NCBI GenBank assembly: GCA_944324095.1
Contig: CALUUY010000001.1
Location: 9,599-73,598 of the forward strand
DNA from: an uncultured Elusimicrobiales bacterium
Lineage (GTDB): Bacteria > Elusimicrobiota > Elusimicrobia > Elusimicrobiales > Elusimicrobiaceae
DNA: 64,000 nucleotides
Direction: 5' to 3'
A program made the translations under genes and the position numbers. This document shows, one piece after another, positions 59,701 to 64,000 of the stretch. The stretch's first letter is position 1; each line of letters starts with the position of its first letter. Under the pieces are notes generated by a model. It did not search any database, was not told the origin of the DNA, and saw only the letters and a program-made list of their open reading frames with translations.

Positions 59701-62085
59701 AGCATACAATTCTTTTACCCACAATTGGCGATATAAAGCATCTTTACCAAACACGCGGGATTTTAAAGAAAAGACTTCCTTCATAAATTGGTTGTTTACG
59801 TTCGCCGCCACTTTGTCCAAATTGCTCTGAACCTTGGCCGCCACTTGCGAAGACTGCACCAACGTCTTATCCAACACCACCTTGCCGCCTTCCAAACGAG
59901 CCGTTGCTAAGGCAGAAGACGCCTGCGTGGAAGCACGGAACATATCAGAGCCAAATTGGGTAGAATTAAACAACGGAGCCTGCGTTTTAAGGATGCCTTC
60001 CAAACGGGAAGCCGCCTTGGCATTAAAATTACGCGTCCAATTCGGGCGGAGTTTGGCCATCTCTGCCATAAAGGGTTTGGCGTCGCCCATTCCTTTCAAA
60101 CGGCCCAACACACGGGTGCGCCCCGCTATTTTGCTAACGGAAGCCAACGCCCCGTTTCCGGCCAGCTTCATCCAGCGGGCTGCCTTGGGCAAGGCACGCA
60201 CAATGTCCGCCCCAAACCACACCAGTAAACCCACATCGCACACATTAGCCCCAATGCTCCAGGCTTTGCTGCGGTCATACGCACTGCGTTTTAAAACATA
60301 AATTGGGCTTTTTGTATTATAGGGTTCAATGGAAAAACCTGTTTTTACGTTGGCATTTTTGGTCGCTACAGCAAAGGCACGGTATAATTTATTGTCTAAG
60401 GACAATTCTTCCGGCGCGCTTAAATCCCCCATAGTATTTAAAAATAAATAACGCAAGAATACAGCCGCAGGCGGCAAGCCCGTATTTTGGCTTAAATTCT
60501 TTAAAGCCTGCCGGTTTTGCGCCATAACAGCCTGGCCTTTTTGGGCTTCTTCTTTGGAAATGTGAATGACGCCTTTGCCGGCACCTCTGTTGCTAAAATA
60601 CGCACCGGCTTGAGTAGTAACTGTGGAAGGAGCATATTTTTCCGCCCCGCTTTTACCGCTAATAAGCGCGCCTACTAAAAAGGGGAGGATGGTGTCGCAA
60701 TTAATAAAAAATTGGTCTTTCTGCTGGGTTACCGTGCAGCGGCCCACACCGTATTTTTGCAAAATATCCAAGCTTTCTTTGCTTCCTTCCGCCGCCAACA
60801 TCAAGGCAAGCTCTTCCCAAGCGTTGGAAGCATCCCCCTCTTTATTCCCCATTTGGGCCATTTTGGAAACGTCACCCATATAACGCATATTACCGGCTAC
60901 ATTATATTTGGTGAATTCATAAAGTTCCGCAAAAGAAAGCGGAAAGCTGGGGTTGTTTTCTTTTTTAACAGCAGAGTCTAAAATTCCGCCCACCGCGCTG
61001 GGGCGCCCCATCGCCAGCAGTGCAGAAGCACCCGCCAATAACGCCGGGCCCGCAATGCCGTTTACATTTAAATGGCGATCAACAAATTCCATAATAGCCA
61101 TTGTGGATTCGAAATCACCTTTACTTACCATACCCAACCCAGCCACCACAGAAAAGGCACGTTCACAGGTATAGGAAGATTTTGCATTTAAACAACCGTC
61201 ATTGGCGGCTAAATCCTGGATAAAAATATCATTTAAAAGTTCTTTTTCTTCTTGGGTAAAGAAACTTTTGCCTTCAATGGTGCGGTAAGACAGCAGCCGG
61301 GTGGAAATGGCAATCAAATAAGATTTTACTTTGGCAGGATTGGTTTTATATAAAGCAAAAAGTTCGTTCTTCTTTTTCAAAACAAGTTGGTCACGCAATT
61401 GGTCGGATTTTTTTTGATAAACAGAAAACCGTTCTTTGGAGCTGCTGCGTACGGCGCGTTCCTCTTGGGCCAGCTGAACCAACGTTTCACGCTTCCATTG
61501 ATTGATTTCATTTAAAAAGGCTTGTCTTTTATTGTCTAATTCCTGGTCGATAAGCTTAGAAGCTTCTTCGGTGTTTTTGTCTTCTTCTTCTAATTCCTCT
61601 AATTTCTGAGCTTTTAAATCCGCCAGCTGGCTTTCATAGCGCATAGAGGCATTATCATATAAAGACTGCACATACGCACGCACGTACTCGCTGTCTTCTT
61701 TTAATATAGAAGAGTCTTGTTTGACAAAATCATTAAAAACGGACTGATTATCAGAAGATGAAGAAGAAAAAAGAGGAAAGAAAAAAAGTTTTAAAGTTTC
61801 TAACTGTTTTAATACGGGGTCTTTCTGTTTGATTTGTTGATTTATATGATTAACTTGGGCTTCTAAAGGAGCGGTGGAATAAACAAAGGTATTGTCTTGG
61901 GCAATGGCTGTTTTGTTTCTTAGTATTTTTTCTAAATCATTAGAAGAAATGGAAGGTTTGTATTTGGAACGAGAAATAGCTTGAGCGGAGGCTTCTGCAG
62001 TTAGGTTAAAAATCATTACGCTGGCTAGCGTAACAGACATAAAGCGGCGGCATAACTCTAAAAAAGAGACATGTTGATTTTTCAT
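56737..62085 (-). CDS. Giant (1782 aa) protein: signal peptide, coiled coil, internal repeats and a C-terminal MFS-like multi-TM domain
   Basis: GAGG RBS; signal ending 'AEASA|Q'; roughly 10-12 hydrophobic segments in the last ~550 aa, with 'PFVKRWG' and 'ALLRASLNTL'. Confidence 0.75.
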   Translation of the reverse strand: MKNQHVSFLELCRRFMSVTLASVMIFNLTAEASAQAISRSKYKPSISSNDLEKILRNKTAIAQDNTFVYSTAPLEAQVNHINQQIKQKDPVLKQLETLKLFFFPLFSSSSSDNQSVFNDFVKQDSSILKEDSEYVRAYVQSLYDNASMRYESQLADLKAQKLEELEEEDKNTEEASKLIDQELDNKRQAFLNEINQWKRETLVQLAQEERAVRSSSKERFSVYQKKSDQLRDQLVLKKKNELFALYKTNPAKVKSYLIAISTRLLSYRTIEGKSFFTQEEKELLNDIFIQDLAANDGCLNAKSSYTCERAFSVVAGLGMVSKGDFESTMAIMEFVDRHLNVNGIAGPALLAGASALLAMGRPSAVGGILDSAVKKENNPSFPLSFAELYEFTKYNVAGNMRYMGDVSKMAQMGNKEGDASNAWEELALMLAAEGSKESLDILQKYGVGRCTVTQQKDQFFINCDTILPFLVGALISGKSGAEKYAPSTVTTQAGAYFSNRGAGKGVIHISKEEAQKGQAVMAQNRQALKNLSQNTGLPPAAVFLRYLFLNTMGDLSAPEELSLDNKLYRAFAVATKNANVKTGFSIEPYNTKSPIYVLKRSAYDRSKAWSIGANVCDVGLLVWFGADIVRALPKAARWMKLAGNGALASVSKIAGRTRVLGRLKGMGDAKPFMAEMAKLRPNWTRNFNAKAASRLEGILKTQAPLFNSTQFGSDMFRASTQASSALATARLEGGKVVLDKTLVQSSQVAAKVQSNLDKVAANVNNQFMKEVFSLKSRVFGKDALYRQLWVKELYASAPAGATPYALTPNQRAFFELAGKIRGNKAFKVPQALTQQVSLMPNGHVNQAAVLHNLKLAGVSAARATETSQILEKAVQLADQSYMYRDRKWRYFLSAVPFGNDGYHAWRGNSVYRQILGKKVGVLLNESSAFTQAEKLRLTDVLAWNLRSDYSIKVPKAARSLAALPVKKPAVKYETRSTFIIDDLSKDPVALPLKLRMDPRVNGVSDKFYQHVDFIRQPTGEYTLSMINAADMPFKLENFKIIARPKDLPKLAQAVEHSAEPLMLTMSPYTKQNIFTRGWNAGRNWLEQTSWFPKKWRRGTEETEMARLLQDNRLLASRVSLTGDKEERFSSMLQVYRRLDNGTLLPLPMTVKADRFFDMPRLGVDKLVLEGKGFSFLNKSGAAVNIKNPFYFGIPKGEAGHLAVALKTSNITKPISLTVATKKTDLWRMYVATGLSLSSASTGLLSSLEEFYPGDKPYGASDTDKMMITLFLPFIPSFFAPVFTPFVKRWGALRVTEVALALSTAGLAFPIFNGFVWNTPQDKNSNEKPEGLPSYKWLYVSAGAIGMSSALLRASLNTLIGKASGSTGLVKSMLAKNIGSAALLVPPLVFGGLYSDDGTGVASKPPTFASSFPVLGAGSAAALLVMHNSSINRTIGQEKGFKFAKGHVWEILKKESLDAYKLVGHKAMLPMMGGAFFLTGFESAAYNKATNQMLKPAAQSWASANVFNVSFGNLNQPHQKKNLTATFTGGALLIAPFFARWKAGPILNMFGTNEKVRYTKMLQYSLMSSAAGGGLLLSVEKGPDGSMDAANWGKFVLGGTLLGLGTANVFQSLQNLATARYMEAPEVVSAIKAAKGIKEQQMIKDVYKTASRTVFSAANVGMAIPPVVISTAMDYMTDDSKAGGAMILDEQVPAYSLGASYGLLGAGALISLGSLGSINKGAAAGLMRTLSVPVGANYLYKSWKTPLNQTLKLQVPDLGKSGRFNLVAPAPTPAPVSIEETGK

Positions 62086-62277
62086 ATAAATATTCCTCTT
62101 TAAAATGATAAACAGAAAGAACCTTCTTCCTCAATTTTCTATTAAAACTTTTTATTTCGCAAGGGCCAAAAGACCTATTTTTTCCCTAGGCCCTTTAGCT
62201 CTTCCAAAGACAAGCTCTGCCGGTTTGAAAAAAGCCCAGCAAAAATACCTTTCTGCCCCTTTAATTGCGGTACAAAC

Positions 62278-62313
62278 AAAAACGCCGGCAGCAAATAAGC
62301 TGTCGGCATTTTT
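62278..62313 (-). terminator. Terminator after tRNA-Arg
   Basis: Hairpin gccggcagc/gctgtcggc flanked by A/T runs. Confidence 0.65.
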
Positions 62314-62337
62314 GTCAGCATTATAAATACAAATCTC

Positions 62338-62410
62338 TGCCCCGCATGGGATTTGAACCCATACCACCGGTTCCGAAGACCGGTACTCTATCCAGTTGAG
62401 CTAACGGGGC
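62338..62410 (-). tRNA. tRNA-Arg (anticodon UCG), 3' CCA not encoded
   Basis: Cloverleaf GCCCCGT TA GCTC AACTGGATA GAGT A CCGGT CT-TCG-GA ACCGG TGGT ATGGG TTCAAAT CCCAT GCGGGGC A. Confidence 0.95.
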
Positions 62411-62419
62411 CTGTTTGCT

Positions 62420-62448
62420 ATTTTATCAATAATTGCCTTTCTATGCAA
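62420..62448 (-). promoter_or_regulatory. tRNA promoter
   Basis: TTGCAT-N17-TAAAAT with an extended TG, 9 nt upstream of the tRNA. Confidence 0.65.
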
Positions 62449-62567
62449 AATAAATACACCGTCTAAAACCGCCCCTTCGGATAAGGGTGCAACCCTGGGC
62501 GGGGTATTCCAGCACAAATAAAATTTGCTAAAATAGAAATATCTTAATCGTTGTAAGGAGTATACCT

Positions 62568-63326
62568 ATGGGTGGACATTCACACTGGGCCGGTATTAAA
62601 CACAAAAAGGCCCTCGTTGACGCTAAAAAAGGTAAAGTATTTACCAAAATTTTAAGAGAAATCACCATCGCCGCAAAAATGAGCGGCGGTAACCCGGATC
62701 AAAACCCCCGCTTGCGTAAAGCTATGGACGACGCCCGCGCCGCCAATATGCCTTCCGATAACGTAAAACGCGCTATTATGAAAGGTACCGGTCAGCTGCC
62801 CGGTGTGTCTTACGAAGAAATTACCTATGAAGGTTACGGCCCCGGTTCCGTAGCTGTTATCGTGGAATGCACCACGGATAACAAAAACCGCACTTTTTCT
62901 GAAATCCGCAAAATTTTTACCAGCCACGGCGGTTCTATTGGTACGGCCGGCTGCGTATCTTATATGTTCAAGAGCAAAGGTCTTATCGTAGTTAAAAAAG
63001 AAGACATTGGCGAAGACGAACTGATGGATTTAGCTTTAGAAGCTGGTGCCGAAGACGTGCGCACCGCTGCGGACGTGTACGAAGTAATTACCGCGCCGGA
63101 AATGGCTGCATTGGACGCTGTTAAAAAAGCCATTGAAGCCAAAGGCATTACGCCGGAATCGGCCGATTTGTCTATGCTGCCCGACACGGAAGTAAACATC
63201 ACCGACGAGCACACCGCCGAAACCTTAATGAAAATGCTGGAAGCGTTAGACGACCACGACGACACCAAAAACGTGTACGATAACTCCAGCATTGATGAAG
63301 CCGTAGCCGCCAAATTGGAAGCATAA
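62568..63326 (+). CDS. yebC: YebC/PmpR family protein
   Basis: 'MGGHSHWAGIKHKK', 'YEGYGPG', 'TDNKNRT', 'LDDHDD'. Confidence 0.95.
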   Translation: MGGHSHWAGIKHKKALVDAKKGKVFTKILREITIAAKMSGGNPDQNPRLRKAMDDARAANMPSDNVKRAIMKGTGQLPGVSYEEITYEGYGPGSVAVIVECTTDNKNRTFSEIRKIFTSHGGSIGTAGCVSYMFKSKGLIVVKKEDIGEDELMDLALEAGAEDVRTAADVYEVITAPEMAALDAVKKAIEAKGITPESADLSMLPDTEVNITDEHTAETLMKMLEALDDHDDTKNVYDNSSIDEAVAAKLEA

Positions 63327-63334
63327 GAGGCCGC

Positions 63335-63907
63335 TTGACGACGAAAATAACCACCGTTTTAGGTATAGACCCTGGTTTAGACAGAACGGGATGGGCAGTT
63401 CTCACACGAGACGCCCGTTCCGTTTTGTCTTTAACGGCTTGTGGGCTTATACATACGCAAGCCGGGCAGGATTTACCCGTACGGCTGGACTATATTTTTA
63501 AACAATTCCAACACATTTTGCAAGAATACGCCCCCGACCAGGTGGCTATGGAGCAAAACTTCTTTTTAAAACGCGCCGTAACTATGGCTAACACGGTAAT
63601 GACGCGCGGCGTTATCTTACTGGCGTGCGAACAAGCCCAAAAGAAAATAGCCTTTTATCCCCCCAAGCGCGTTAAAATGATGCTTTGCGGCACCGGCACG
63701 GCAGACAAAAAACAAGTGCAGCGTATGGTGCAGCTTACTTTAAATTTAAACAAGCCCCCCCAGCCGGACGACGTAGCAGACGCTGTGGCTATTGGAATAT
63801 GCCACCTAAAAACGGCACCGCTTAATAATATGCTAAACGTAAAGGCGGCTTTTTTAGAAAAACTAAAAGCCGCCCAAGAACAACAAATAAAAAGAAGGCT
63901 CAAATAA
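63335..63907 (+). CDS. ruvC: Holliday junction resolvase RuvC
   Basis: 'LGIDPGL..TGW', 'AMEQ', 'GTADKKQVQRMV', 'PDDVADAVAIGICH'. TTG start; follows yebC. Confidence 0.95.
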   Translation: MTTKITTVLGIDPGLDRTGWAVLTRDARSVLSLTACGLIHTQAGQDLPVRLDYIFKQFQHILQEYAPDQVAMEQNFFLKRAVTMANTVMTRGVILLACEQAQKKIAFYPPKRVKMMLCGTGTADKKQVQRMVQLTLNLNKPPQPDDVADAVAIGICHLKTAPLNNMLNVKAAFLEKLKAAQEQQIKRRLK

Positions 63908-64000
63908 CAAGCCTTCTAAACGCACAACACAAAAACGGATTTACAAATACTTTCCTTTTAACGTTAAAGCCGCTTTAATTAATTTCATAAATTTGTTTGC

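Noticed and set aside
62105-62367. ORFs 62105..62326 (+) and 62152..62367 (-)
   Set aside because: They overlap the tRNA and/or its terminator and the upstream region of the giant gene, with no protein motifs.
56737-62410. tRNA-anchored genomic island or prophage
   Set aside because: No integrase and no duplicated tRNA 3' end (att repeat) were seen.
1003-63903. Numerous 60-180 aa antisense or alternate-frame ORFs in the track
   Set aside because: They lie inside well-supported genes and show no recognisable motifs; treated as shadow ORFs.
1-64000. CRISPR arrays, rRNA, IS elements
   Set aside because: No regularly spaced direct repeats, rRNA-like sequence or transposase motifs were found.

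Overview
A 64 kb bacterial chromosomal segment, mostly on the minus strand. Gene content and protein style suggest an Elusimicrobiota (Elusimicrobium-like) organism; this is inference and was not checked. Housekeeping genes lie at both ends: dacB, MATE, csp, ftcD and rsmA on the left; tsaD, ctpA, envC, ftsX, alkaline phosphatase, glgA, scpAB, trpS, S2P, tRNA nucleotidyltransferase, CDF, tRNA-Arg(UCG), yebC and ruvC on the right. The centre (about 6.3-39.6 kb) is a large, non-canonical Tad/Flp (type IVc) pilus locus. In transcription order it holds: a 1532-aa FlgD-Ig-repeat protein with a T9SS-CTD-like tail; a PorV-like barrel; Flp pilins; TadE; CpaB; a 248-aa secretin with no N-domains; a TadZ-TadA fusion; an extended TadB; TadC; TPR, HAMP and DsbA-like proteins; a three-gene signalling relay; an unannotated third Flp pilin; and TadG/TadE. 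It ends in a separately promoted array of membrane-anchored Gly/Ser-rich proteins. Two of these are paralogs with a conserved core and unrelated hydrophobic C-termini, each followed by a small single-TM gene. That layout resembles polymorphic toxin/immunity or translocon/chaperone pairs, so the best candidate novel system is a Tad-based contact-dependent effector-delivery apparatus. A 1782-aa exported protein ending in an MFS-like membrane domain lies next to the tRNA. No CRISPR array, rRNA or recognisable mobile element was seen.
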